Position numbers and translations under genes: made by a program. The notes under the pieces were generated by a model. The model made no database searches. It was not told the origin of the DNA and saw nothing but the letters and a program-made list of their open reading frames with translations. A stretch of DNA of 64,000 nucleotides from Phoronis australis (lineage: Eukaryota > Animalia > Phoronida). The stretch spans positions 1,440,362 to 1,504,361 of the forward strand of contig NMRA01000007.1 in the NCBI GenBank assembly GCA_002633005.1, read 5' to 3'. Of this stretch, positions 47,301-57,566 are shown piece after piece. Position 1 is the first letter of the stretch. Every line of letters starts with the position of its first letter.

Positions 47301-50164
47301 TGACTTGTTGTTTATTGTTCATACCATTATCATTGCAGCGGGTCAATTTACGCACTAAAGAGGGTTTCAAGCACTTGCGAATTATCATTTTTTCCCAGGT
47401 CAGAAGAACAAATTGAGACCAACCTTGTAGCAATATGTGGCTTAAATTAAAAGTTACTTTCTTTCACAGTAGATGCAGGTCTAACACCCATAGCAGCTTT
47501 AGAACACAAGGAATGGATTGTATAAAACTTCATTAATTATCTGCTGGATTAAGCTTGATAGTTGCAAATCAAATGCATAGTTCTGCAACCCTCATATGGC
47601 ACCCGATAACGCAACAAAGCAAATTTGTGTTATTAATCACTAACACTTTACAGAGGTCACGCATTATGAGATCCAGTTTTCTCCACATAAACAACGAAAG
47701 CATTAAAATGGTTCTCGAAATCTGGGTACACCGTAAGTGACTATCGCCCATTTTGTTATAGAAATCACTAAATTAGTTGGTAAAAGGTAGACTAAGTTAG
47801 CCTCTGAAAAATCAAAGAATTTTTTCCCATAACCTATCAATCATGTGTAGAGATCTCAACAAGAAAACACAACATGAGACTCTCTGAGTTACATGGTTAT
47901 TATTTTTAGACGTGCAACAAACAGGACATAATAAGAAACCATACCTTAGTGGCCTGATGCAAGACAGTACCAACAGCATGAGATGTGTCACCAAGAATTT
48001 GCTTCAGAATACATTCTCCATTTTCATCAGTTTCTTCTAAAACACATAAAAACTTGGGTAAACAAAGTCAATAATAACACAAGAATGAAGTTCAGTAATT
48101 GTACATTCATGAATAGTCATTACAAAAACTTCTCATTTGGTTTCAACTCCAGACAATAACAGTTTCCAATTTGAGGGTAAATCCAGATATTAATCTATTC
48201 CATTGGTTCCCCTTTCCGTGTTCTTTTACTCATGATCAATTATCTACCATGGTTCAACGAATTCAATTTCAGAAACCAAACAGTTCACAAGATCACAGGT
48301 TTTAGTCCAGAATATATCAATTTATTTTAGCCAGTGCTTTATTGCAGTGACGTCATAACTCATAATTACTCAACTCCACACAAGGGTACCTTAGATCAGT
48401 ACTCCTGATAAACAGGCTTCTTGACCACAGTGGCTCTTGTATAATTCTATAGGCAAAGAACAAGGTGTTTTGAAAAGGGTTGAGTTTCTAAACAATGCTC
48501 ATAAGTAACACACAAGGTATTGACAGTTATTGATATCTGGACTTTGGTAAAGCTGGCTGGCTAACCCACTGAGCGACATAAGCGGCAGACTCAGGGGCAC
48601 CCCCCTAAGTTAGAGACAAATGCAACCTGCAGTGAAAGGAGCCTCCAGGTCAAATCTAGTTTAGAGTTCTCCCAAACGTTAGGACCAGTCCTAGTTTCTA
48701 TAAGATGTGCTTATTCTGTTGTCTTCAGAAATCAGATGCGAATGAGGAATGGATGTAAAACTACAAGCAGGCACAAATGCAAACAGTCAAAATGGTGATA
48801 TCACAGCCTCTCTGCTACACTCTACTCGCCAGCACAAGATGGCCAGTAAGAGTCAATTTTGTTGGTGATTGTGTAGTGCAGTGGCAGAACTGCAGTCATT
48901 GCACGCACACCCAATGTAAATGAAGGGTGCTGTTCACATAGGCAATGACCATTGCCTCTGTTGGCCCGACCAGAGGCGATGCAGCTGCTATAGGCGCTCC
49001 ATAGGCTGGAAGATTTTTGTCGAATTATGCCTCGCACCGACTAAAACATAAAAGTCACCTTGTTATAAATACGTACCTTTTGCGCATAGAGGAACACCTT
49101 ACTTGCATCACCCAGCGAGCGAGGTAAAAATTGGAGCGTGCGCAGTATAAAAATGGTGAGTTCACGATTTTGGGAAATGAACGATTGACTGTTCGAACAA
49201 AAAGTTCGATAACGGAAGTATTTGTTCGAGTTGGAAGGAATTAAACACACCGACAACCTCCCAAGGTGTCCCTCTATGCGCAAAAGGTATTTATAACAAC
49301 ATGACTTTTATGCTTTAGCCAGTGCGAAGCATAATTCACCGAAAAGCTTCCGGCGTATGGAGCGCCTATAAGAGCTGCATCGCCTCTGGTCGGGCCAAAA
49401 GAGGCGATGGTCATTGCCTACTGTTCACATACAATAGGCCTTTTGAAAGTGATGTAAAATGTCAGAGATAGAAGTACTTAATGAATGTTGTTTTAGTATA
49501 CAACTGTCCAGTTGACCTGTGTAAGTAAACACAGCTCAACTCAAGGCTTATGGTCCGGCTGAGAAGATAATTCTTTTATTACCCCTGATGGATTCTGATA
49601 GCCCGAGCCCCCAAGAATGAATTGTTACTGAGAGCCAATCTGATGTCTCTGCCGGTTGACTCAATGCCCTGGCAAAGTATACCCTGCACACAAGACACAC
49701 TAACAGATTGACCATGGCACAGTGCAAGGCACTCATTGGCATGAGTCATGACTGATTGGCCACAAGACATTCTGAATCAGTGAATGTCATTCACCAGGCG
49801 CCGGTACGTTCCGTAGACGTAGCCACAGGCGAACAGAGACATGAGAACCTCGCGAAAACGCAATACCACACAAAACTTCGCCATGTGTTACCAATGAAGC
49901 GCGCGATCAAACTGACTTCTTTCGTGAAATTCTTGCATCTACGCCTACGGAACTCAACCCTGTTCACATACACACTACACAGTCACACACCCAGGCCAGT
50001 TCCAACTCAATTACTCAAAGTCAATCAACCGTCGCCCAGTAAACGACACAGTTAGGAGACAAGTGCAAGCTCGTACTTTCACAGTGAGAGAGGATGCTCC
50101 GAACAACATCGGCTCGACCTGCTTGCACAGCTTCTCTCAAGCTGTCAACAGCTTCTTGAACCAT
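30556..50164 (-). CDS. Ankyrin-repeat + GH20 beta-hexosaminidase-like protein, 21 coding exons, about 903 aa, probable pseudoenzyme
   Basis: The 21 GT-AG exons join in frame to 2712 nt. Ankyrin motifs GTVLHQATK, NTPLHWAA, GHTPLHDAV; GH20b start LLWPLPQ; ISDWPNLSSRGVLLDVSQGRIP; KINQVHLY; VCPGTAAWNS; GMVVCDWSGKGH. Confidence 0.9.
31406..31525 (-). CDS. ANK-GH20 exon 20
   Basis: cgccag|VGRALMNTGKNPG...VVNLGVNNLPATIKTDLAN|gttagt. Confidence 0.88.
32116..33207 (+). mobile_element. Helentron-associated non-autonomous element (HINE / DINE-1 / pearl-like), full length
   Basis: 5' aacaagag plus short hairpin; subterminal IR atgcgcccaca (32141) / tgtgggcgcat (33195); internal core repeats (aaattgccactag...); (GACG)n microsatellite; 3' palindrome followed by ataa. 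Confidence 0.85.
33300..33702. repeat. About five 85-bp tandem units derived from the 3' half and donor of ANK-GH20 exon 19
   Basis: Repeating ggtcacatgtcagtt(g/t)tagctcgct...gtaaacac...agactagacttacc. Confidence 0.9.
33620..33744 (-). CDS. ANK-GH20 exon 19
   Basis: tttcag|KARRHIKKCQSELSKSSLQCLHGMHMLSELKLTCDLMLCAC|gtaagt. Confidence 0.87.
34400..34670 (+). repeat. Dispersed interspersed repeat family (other copies near 27825-27970, 39590-39850, and reversed at 17130-17330 and 47270-47480)
   Basis: Shared blocks ccttccatcacaaaaa, ccacttaccrtca.gaaat.ggtc and gagaccaggct seen by eye. Confidence 0.7.
34758..34864 (-). CDS. ANK-GH20 exon 18
   Basis: ttgcag|NDSKSLPDDHGSVLYQLLTHPDSASLEYLTPDVFQ|gtacgg. 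Confidence 0.85.
35485..35617 (-). CDS. ANK-GH20 exon 17
   Basis: ttttag|DHVQGNLPELINKHV...LIELGRAETYVLKFAKQK|gtatca. Confidence 0.88.
36470..36656 (-). CDS. ANK-GH20 exon 16
   Basis: tcacag|LAGCPEAAVTNIHKAV...GMVVCDWSGKGHMTHKTFSWPGYISCAGLAWNSATTY|gtaagt. Confidence 0.92.
37763..37804 (-). CDS. ANK-GH20 exon 15
   Basis: tttcag|VPFQVCPGTAAWNS|gtaggt. Confidence 0.87.
   Translation of the reverse strand, partial: CSIPSVSWHSCLE
37990..38036 (-). CDS. ANK-GH20 exon 14
   Basis: tttcag|ADYDFEKYCKSYAENG|gtaatt. Confidence 0.87.
38656..38860 (-). CDS. ANK-GH20 exon 13
   Basis: ttctag|VINIGPRLSTFILD...LPLNMSLMEYGFQ|gtgagt. Confidence 0.9.
38831..39112. repeat. Four degenerate 70-73 bp tandem units spanning the acceptor of ANK-GH20 exon 13
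   Basis: Repeating tcagacggggaccaatgttgataacgctaga at 38831, 38901, 38973 and 39046. Confidence 0.88.
39398..39544 (-). CDS. ANK-GH20 exon 12
   Basis: tttcag|ELLELAYFCRQRSVLLIPVLDIAPG...CFHDS|gtgagt. Confidence 0.9.
40586..40707 (-). CDS. ANK-GH20 exon 11
   Basis: ttctag|EALKDLVDTLCMMKINQVHLYTRF...WQLCYSK|gtaaaa. Confidence 0.9.
40989..41060 (-). CDS. ANK-GH20 exon 10
   Basis: atgcag|ISDWPNLSSRGVLLDVSQGRIPKQ|gtaagt. Confidence 0.92.
41927..42028 (-). CDS. ANK-GH20 exon 9
   Basis: ggatag|VKILASDIAGLNYAIATFAQLLHLCHLEGIPQLQ|gtacaa. Confidence 0.88.
42469..42659 (-). CDS. ANK-GH20 exon 8
   Basis: atctag|LTSEACAAW...LFKTRESYQMFVYSNQ|gtgtgt. Confidence 0.85.
42973..43132 (-). CDS. ANK-GH20 exon 7
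   Basis: ttgtag|LADTLEG...HRFNLLWPLPQRMTIHSG...NGPE|gttagt; LWPxPQ marks the start of GH20 domain 2. Confidence 0.88.
43695..43911 (-). CDS. ANK-GH20 exon 6 (linker)
   Basis: ttccag|KDAGLSAFDMAAGQ...GCNGVVNK|gtatga. Confidence 0.85.
44964..45099 (-). CDS. ANK-GH20 exon 5
   Basis: ttgcag|RGANVNAVNNCGHTPLHDAVKRMNIEIIEELILNDADPNVKATSG|gtgagt. Confidence 0.93.
45789..45919 (-). CDS. ANK-GH20 exon 4
   Basis: ttctag|VGRVCQLLAAGVHINFHDSPSSQNTPLHWAATYANQDMVQCLC|gtaatg. Confidence 0.92.
46655..46809 (-). CDS. ANK-GH20 exon 3
   Basis: tttcag|LENPDCLRALLAAGADPCVQNSEGLTPVDLA...CTAQS|gtatgt. Confidence 0.92.
47945..48036 (-). CDS. ANK-GH20 exon 2
   Basis: ttttag|(K)ETDENGECILKQILGDTSHAVGTVLHQATK|gtatgg. 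Confidence 0.85.
48939..49420. mobile_element. Mutator (MULE)-type MITE
   Basis: About 75-bp TIRs taggcaatgaccat...; perfect 9-bp TSD ctgttcaca (48930-48938 and 49421-49429). Confidence 0.92.
50077..50164 (-). CDS. ANK-GH20 exon 1
   Basis: MVQEAVDSLREAVQAGRADVVRSILSHCE A|gtacga; phase 1 fits exon 2. Confidence 0.8.
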
Positions 50165-50553
50165 CTTGAAATCTATCTGCGGTGACGAAACATGATTCGC
50201 TTGCTTAGTTGCTATTCCCTGCCGCAGCAACACAAGCAGCCGAACGTGTCAACCACAAATAACTGGGTCACGCACTACTTTTAGTAAAACTACGCGATTT
50301 ACATAAATAAAATATTTGACATTTTAACTGGTTCATAATGGCACAAAATTTGTAAAAACATTAAAAAATGATGTTATCTATTATCACATGAGATTTTGTC
50401 AACTACATACGTACAATTTTTATGTACTTGTCAGGCGTAAGTATCGCAAAAGTGGGTTCCAAGGCACTTCCGTTTCTGTCCACAGTGAGCAGCTGACTCG
50501 GAGTTGTAGAACGCACGGTTTACCTGCTTACAGTCGACTTAAAACTGGTGGAA
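50165..50553. promoter_or_regulatory. Probable bidirectional promoter between ANK-GH20 and GLRX5
   Basis: Divergent ATGs 389 bp apart; ETS-like CACTTCCG at 50465. Confidence 0.7.
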
Positions 50554-50815
50554 ATGAATTCACTACGTCGTATTGCTGGTCTGACGTGTAGACAGAACAC
50601 TTTGCAGTTTATTCGAGCGGCATACAGTGCTGGCACTGGTTCGAAGGCATCTATAGATGCGATCGTAAAGAATAATAAACTGGTTGTTTTTATGAAAGGA
50701 ACTCCAGATCAGCCAATGTGCGGTTTTAGCAAGGCCGTCGTCCAGATTCTGAACAGACATGGAGTGGAGGCGTTCGACAGTCATAATGTTCTTGAAGATG
50801 AAGATCTCAGACAAG
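50554..50815 (+). CDS. GLRX5: Monothiol glutaredoxin 5, mitochondrial, exon 1
   Basis: Arg-rich presequence [14 protein letters not shown]; [23 protein letters not shown] (CGFS motif); [11 protein letters not shown]|gttgga. Confidence 0.96.
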
Positions 50816-51526
50816 GTTGGATTGAAAATTCAATGTTTTATGTTTGACTGATGCAATCTATGACTTAGCAGTTGGAATTCGGCCCAAATCGGAATATTCC
50901 AATACGGGTCAGATTCCAACTTGAATAATGGTCGGAGCATAGTAACTCAATACTCCAATAGGCAATAGCTTCACTGGCCCAGTTCAGACGGTGGTACCTG
51001 AAAATTTGGCCAAATATGCCAATTTTTGTTGTCCACCGGGCAAACTTTTTTAACGCTCTCATTGTGTATTGGTCAGTATATTCTGTGTCATAACCTGGTC
51101 AGCCAAATATGTCTTTTTGCGTTGACAAATTACATGAGGTTCACATCCGGGTGAGGAATTTAGTCACAGCTCGTGTGTGTAATTAAGAGACGTTGGTCTG
51201 AGGATTTACACTGCGGTTTTGGTGTCTGCTGTCCCACAGGACTAAGATTGAAAACATTGTTATGTAGCCAACAAGGCTGGTAGTGACACAACTCCCGGTT
51301 TAATAGACTTGAGATGTTGTCAGTCAATTGCAAAAGGTTTTGATGTAATTTTGATCAATAGTCACTTTGAAAAGTTTGCCAAGTGCATAGCAAACATGAA
51401 ATCATTTCTCTGAAAAGTTGTGACATGAGAAATATGAGCTAACCAGAATGAACAGTTTATTATTTAAAATGACTTATTCTTATTAAAATGACCTAGGCAA
51501 AAAATTGAATTTCGGACCTCAAAAGC

Positions 51527-52085
51527 GAGGCCCTCTATATTAATATGGGCGCCCTAGACGAAAGGGGGTCGAAGAGCGGGGCCTTCTATATTAATATGGA
51601 GGCCCCGCCGAAAGGCGGCCGGATAGCGGGGCGCCTATATTAATATAGAGGGCCCTGCCGAAAGGTGGCCGATAAGTGGGGCCTTCTATATTAATATAAG
51701 TGGCCCCGCTCTCTGGCCGCCTTTTGGTGAGGACCCCTATTATAATGAGGCCTTGCCGAAAGGTGGCCGGAGAGCGGGGCCTGTTATATTAATATAGAGG
51801 GCCCTGCCAGAGAACGGCTGATGAGTGAGGTCCTCTATATTAATATAGAAGGTCCCGCTCTCTGGCCGCCTTCCGGCGAGGCCCTCTATATTAATATAAA
51901 GGGCCCTGCTTTTCAACTGCCTTTCAGCGAGGTCTCCTATAATAGTACAGGGGGCCTCGCCGAAAGGCGGCCAGAGATTGCGGCCCCCGATATTAATGTA
52001 GGGTCCCCTCCGGAAGGCAGCCTATGAGCGAGGCCCACTACATTAATATAGAAGGCACCGTCGGAAGGTGACTGACGAGCGAGTC
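51527..52085. repeat. Subterminal array, about 11 x 51 bp palindrome-plus-spacer units
   Basis: Core ggccctctatattaatatagagggcc separated by gccgaaaggcggccggagagcg or its reverse complement. Confidence 0.9.
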
Positions 52086-52289
52086 TTCACATGAAAAAAT
52101 TCACGTCATGTCCTCTTCCAGTTGTGGCACCCCAGGACTATTGAAAAATGATGAAAAGAGGTCAGAGCCGCAATTTTTAATACAACTTCCAGTTAAGCAG
52201 CACTGATAATAGCATTCTACAAAAAATATCAGACGAAAAAATTTGAAGCACTTGGGCATCGCAAACAGCATACTTCTTGTGACATCTAT

Positions 52290-53243
52290 TTGTATCGTAA
52301 AAATGGCCACCAGATGGCACAAAACATGTCAAGTCCATTCGAAAACTGAAACATCGTTTCTTTAATAGAAAGTATTTACCAATTTCCATAAAAATCTGTC
52401 AAGAAACTTCAGAGAAACAAAGGAAGATCGAAAAATGGAATGGCCGCTAGGGGGCAATGCACCTGAAAGTTGTCAATATCTGTTCTCAACATGATAGGAA
52501 TACATTTGTTAAATTTAATAAAGATCCTGCAGTAGGCTTAGGACATACAGCTATAGGCGCAAAAAAGCTAGGAGGCGCCACGGTTGTCAGTCGTCATCGT
52601 CAGCTGTACTCTTCATACTGAGAACAGATATACCAATTTTCACAATAATCCATAGAATGGTTTGGTTGATAGAGGAGCGGATACCAAAAAACCAATTGGA
52701 AAAACATAAATGGCCACTAGGTGGTGCAAAATGCCTCATATAATTCGGAAAACAGGGAGATAGCATCATGTCACCAATAAACTGCCACTAGGAGGTGCCA
52801 CAGTAGCCAGAGTAATCCGAAAATCATCGTCAGGCTTTCTCTTCATAGTAAGAACATACATACCAATTTTTAAGAGCGGTTTGGTAGATGCCAAAAAACA
52901 GTAAAAATGGTCATTAGGTGGTGCAAAATACCTTGACTCCTTCCAAAAACAGGAATATAGCATCATCCTACTAATAGGTGCCTATATGCCAAGTTTCACA
53001 AAAATCCGTAGACGACCTTTAAAGATACAGAGGTAAATGTAAAAAAATAAATTGCTACTAGGGGTCACAACGGTAGTCAGATCGGTCCGAAATTCGTCCT
53101 CTTCTGTCGTCATCTTCATATGAACCCATCTGTCAAATTTGGTGAAGATACTTTGAGGGGTTCAGGAGATACAGCTGTAGACGCTGGACGCCCAGACAGA
53201 GATGAAGGCAATTTGCACCCACATATAGGTATGTGGGCGCATA
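52290..53243 (+). mobile_element. Second, diverged HINE copy (5' end not located)
   Basis: Core repeats tgccactaggwggygc and 3' palindrome tgcacccacatataggtatgtgggcgcata, homologous to 32116-33207. Confidence 0.8.
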
Positions 53244-53664
53244 GAAATGCGACCTCTATGAGCATTTGAATCTGACTTCGAAAACAAAATAGCTAACACG
53301 TCCGCCATCTTGAATCTGATCATGATGAACCACCTTAGGCTTCCAGCACTTCGGGGACTAGAAGTTGTGGGTGAATCTTTTGCCAATTGGACAAATGGTG
53401 CAACCTGTATGTAGAGTGCAGACAAAGTGAAAGCGCTCCAAGGAGCGAAACTTGGCGAAATTAGCCAAAAAGGTGACGATAAAGATGATGACGAAGATGA
53501 CGAATATGACGACGATGGTGGCGAGGATGAACAAAAGAAGTAATAATAACATACACATGACGAACGTAGAAGTCCGAAATCTGTAAGCAAAAGGCTACAG
53601 TCTTGAGCGACACTTATACTTTTACTTGGTTAAAGTCATGTCTTGAACAAATCCACTACAACTA

Positions 53665-55049
53665 CACGGGTGAGAAACAACATGACCGCCGGTCCTCTTA
53701 AATCGGATCGACTCACCCAAAACAGGACCTCCGGGGATCAAATGGTACCGTCGCACCAGAAAATAAGACTGACGCACCTAAAAACATGACCGCCCCACCA
53801 GAAAACAGGACCGCCGGGAACTGAACATGACCGCTGGGGATTTAAACCGCAGTGACAAACAAGCTAAGATTTATTACCAGTAGGCCTACACTGATCATAC
53901 TATGGAGCATGTCTTGTGCCGATTAATCCAATGAAATCTTTTGTGCGCTACAGGACATTTCGCTTTGTAACACGCGGTGCTTCTGAGTTTTAACCACAAA
54001 CCAACCACGTTGCACACTTTTGAGGTAAATAATTATAACTTTATCCACTGCGTAAGTTTTAGAACAAAATGAGAATGTTTTCTCCAATTTGACATTTTAG
54101 TCAAGAAAAAAAATGGCTGTTTTGGTTCTCGGGTGAAGCATCATAACAAGCCTTTGTGCGGCAAAGCAGTATACTAAATATACAGCTTGGCGCTGACGTG
54201 GGTAAAACACTGAACATATAAAATCTTCACCGAATTAGTGTTATTAACGACACTTTTCCTTGAGTAAACTAAATTATTTATCGGTGCTCGCCGGGAAAAA
54301 TTGTCGTTCTGTCGTTATTCTGCTGCTAAAATTGAGATGCGTTCTTTTAAGTCGGCTTACATTGACCAGTTCCTTAATTTTTTCACCGTTCAGTCAGCTC
54401 TTCTTCTCTTCTACGAGGTTGCGTACATGGCACAACAAATTGTCGGAACTGGTTTCATTTCGACATAAGTTTTTAGTATTTTAATACCAGCAAATCGAAT
54501 TTCAGAACAAATCGTGGTGCTGCGAAGTTGAGTCATCATCTTCCGAAAGGTGTTGCAAAATTTTATGACATGTCGCGTGCTCATGTCACGAGCGCGACAG
54601 ACTTTTTTGTTACATTAGGCAAACAAATGACGTTCATTTGATTGTTTTTCACTGAAGCGGCTGCAACCTGCAAGGTTAGTGTTGATTGACTCCTAGATTT
54701 TGCATGCGCCTGCTCCGCTCTCTAGCTCTACATGTTGATATAAGTTTACGATGAGGTGACGAGCAGAACTATACCCGGGCTGTGGGAAATTTCGGGGATG
54801 TAACGGAGCTCAATAACGCAGTGCTACCAAGCTTTATTTTGGAGAGTCTTTACACAGCTAGCTGACCGGTTACATAATCACAAGCAGTATCATACAAAGA
54901 CATTGATAACTACATATTGTCCGATGGTCATATTCAGTCCCCGGCGGTCCTGTTTTCTGGTGGGGCGGTCATGTTTTTAGGTGAGCCAGTCCCATTGTCT
55001 GGTGCGACGGTCCCATTTGACCCCCGGAGGTCCTGTTTTGGGTGAGTCA
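53665..55049. mobile_element. CACTA/EnSpm-like non-autonomous element with about 125-bp inverted repeats
   Basis: gactcacccaaaacaggacctccggg...aaacatgaccgccccaccagaaaacaggaccgccggg (53710-53832) inverted at 54926-55049; left end cacggg; right end truncated. Confidence 0.7.
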
Positions 55050-55790
55050 GTATACAGCTTTACAGCGATGTAGTTAAAAAATAACCAAAAATGTTACAAA
55101 AAATTAGTCACTAAAAACGACACTCTTACTGGAGTAAACTTAATTATTTACCGCATTGTTGGAAAAATTGGCGTTGTTCTACCATTATTCTGCAGCTAAT
55201 ATTGTGGTGCGATCTTTTGCTTGGCTTCGGCGCCATAATATATTGCGTCGCCTATTGGCCACTTTCTTAATTCACCGATTCCTCAATCTACTGTTCTCCC
55301 ACGAGGTTGAGTACATGTCACAATAAATTATCAGAACTGGCGTTATTTCGTTACAAGTTTTCAGTATTTTAATACTAGGAAACTGAATTTTAGAACAAAA
55401 TTTGCTGCTGCGAAGCTGTCATATCATATCCTGAGAGATGTCGCAAATTAATAAATTGCGCGTGCGCGTGTCACAAGCGAATTGCTTTCTAAACGATGAC
55501 GGACTATTCTTTGTTAAAAAAAGACAAAGAATTATGCAACAAAATGACGTTTATTAGATTTTTTTTACTTTAACATTTGCAAAGGGCAAGGTGAGTGTCG
55601 GATAACTCCCAGATTTTGCATGCACAGGCCGACGGTCGTTAGCTGCACCACGGAGTAGTACAACATAATAGTCCTAGGCTCTACATGTACATGTTAATAA
55701 TATTTCACGAGATGACAAGCAGAACTACCGGGGCTGTGTGAAATTTCGGGGTCTAACGGAGATACACAGTGGTACCTAAGTCACCCAGCT
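54178..55790. repeat. Two diverged direct copies of an approximately 700-bp repeat (54178-54870 and 55051-55790)
   Basis: Collinear blocks tatacagctt, gagtaaact.aattattta, agtattttaatac, agattttgcatgc, gcagaacta...cgggctgtg.gaaatttcgggg. Confidence 0.8.
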
Positions 55791-56543
55791 AGCTATATGA
55801 AGACTAATGTCAAAATCCACTTTATTGTGTTCCTGCAGGGCTCGATGTTATGAAAATCGCCAGGTCGCATTTTGCAACCTAGCCAAAATCCCAGGTCGCA
55901 TTTTCAAAATGTAGCTCCCATTCATAAATGCCAGGTCGCAAAATTTTACCGCTATTTTTACGTGCTAAAATTGATTTTAAGATCACCAAGAAAATGTTTA
56001 GGTTATGCTCAAAATCTAAATAACACACCGAGTAGGTCTACATTTATACTATCCTAACTTGGGTCCTATATTTTTGTGCCGAATAAACGTAGTCGTGATC
56101 ATGAGTGTTGCTGTATTGCAAAATCATTCTCCTGGGCTGATTTGAAAAATTAAAAGTTTTACCAATTATTTTTTTCACTCCTCTTTTCAAATATTGCATC
56201 AAAAACTACACAAAATGCTCTCCATAAAAAGTATGGTCATCTAGGCTGGATTGTAATCAGCTGATGGGAAGCCAATTATCCTCAAAGGTGACTGGATGAA
56301 TAGAGCAGCTAGGAGGGATCCTTTGATCCTCAACCCAGCCAGTGCTGCAACACATTCAAGGTGGATAAATACCCTCTAGTTAAATCTGTTGGACCCCACT
56401 GTTTTCCCTGATCAGTAGGATTTGACATCTTTGATAAACCTCATTTAGTGGGAATGTTCATGACCTTGTTTTAAGATATTTGGCTACATTGGAGAGAGAT
56501 TCCCTCATATTGTTGAGAACAGTGGTGGATTTAGGGGGGGGGG

Positions 56544-56606
56544 NNNNNNNNNNNNNNNNNNNNNNNNNNNNNNNNNNNNNNNNNNNNNNNNNNNNNNNNN
56601 NNNNNN
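56544..56606. other. Assembly gap (Ns)
   Basis: Run of N following a G-homopolymer. Confidence 0.99.
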
Positions 56607-56895
56607 AATGCATAGGCCTTGAACAAATCCCGTTTTTTTAGTAATAAGGTCCACGAACCCAAAAATTCGAGTCCCCCTACATCCCTACATTTTAGGCTGG
56701 GTGCACACATGAGGTAATTACTGAGACCTTCCCCCCATCTCAAAATCCTGAAGAGATACAAAAATTGATGAATTTTGCATAAAAAAGTGAAATATTTAAC
56801 ATTCAGTGGTCCAAAACCACCTCAATTTCTCTCTACCAACAGTGTCATGGCCCTACTTTCAGAAACCCCCAAATCACACTCACAGACTCCCTGTG

Positions 56896-57566
56896 CTTTT
56901 GCTCTGCATTACATAACCTGATCTGATAACAAGCCTACACTGCTGAGGAAGATCTTTGTGTAGGGTACTGATTCCATAACATTTATATCAATTTTATTTA
57001 ATGTTCATTACGAAATCTTCAGAATACAATGAATATACATAACCCAGAAAGCGCCAAGAGGCATTAGATCTGGGTAAAAAAATACAAAGAAGTCTATATA
57101 CAATTATTATATACGAATACATAATAAAAAAACTGATGTTAAGAATACAATGATATATGACAACGAATGAAAATAATTCATTTTCATACAGATGTATAAA
57201 ATTCTATCCACTCACACAAAGAGATTTAATGTTATAAAGAAATTCTGATACTATTTCAAATAAAACCTTATTTTCGTTTGAGTTAAGTTCTTGACATCCA
57301 TATAGAAAGAAATTAATTTTGTTGTACAATTGCGGAATTTCAGAATATTTTTTGTAAATATTGGGGTATTGTTCGAGTGCCTGGAAGACCTGTACCCTCT
57401 CCTCCTTGCATACCTCACAAGCAAAGAAAACATGAGGATATGTCTGGGTATCTCCACAGGAATACAGAGGCTTTTGCTCTGCATTACATAACCTGATCTG
57501 ATGACAAGTCTACACTGCTGAGGAAGATCTTTGTGTAGGGTTCTGATTACATAACATTTATATCAA
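56896..57566. repeat. About 97-bp direct repeat pair (56896-56992 and 57470-57566)
   Basis: gcttttgctctgcattacataacctgatctgat...ctgctgaggaagatctttgtgtaggg...cataacatttatatcaat. Confidence 0.88.

Noticed and set aside
49580-49685. Exon-like segment in ANK-GH20 intron 1
   Set aside because: Exons 1 and 2 already join in phase and the segment shows no ankyrin similarity.
51527-52085. CRISPR-like repeat-spacer array
   Set aside because: The spacers are homologous to each other, the repeats are degenerate, the context is a eukaryotic intron and there are no cas genes.
53162-53590. 142-aa Ser-rich ORF and overlapping hydrophobic ORF
   Set aside because: Products of a (GAY)n-like low-complexity tract within repeat DNA.
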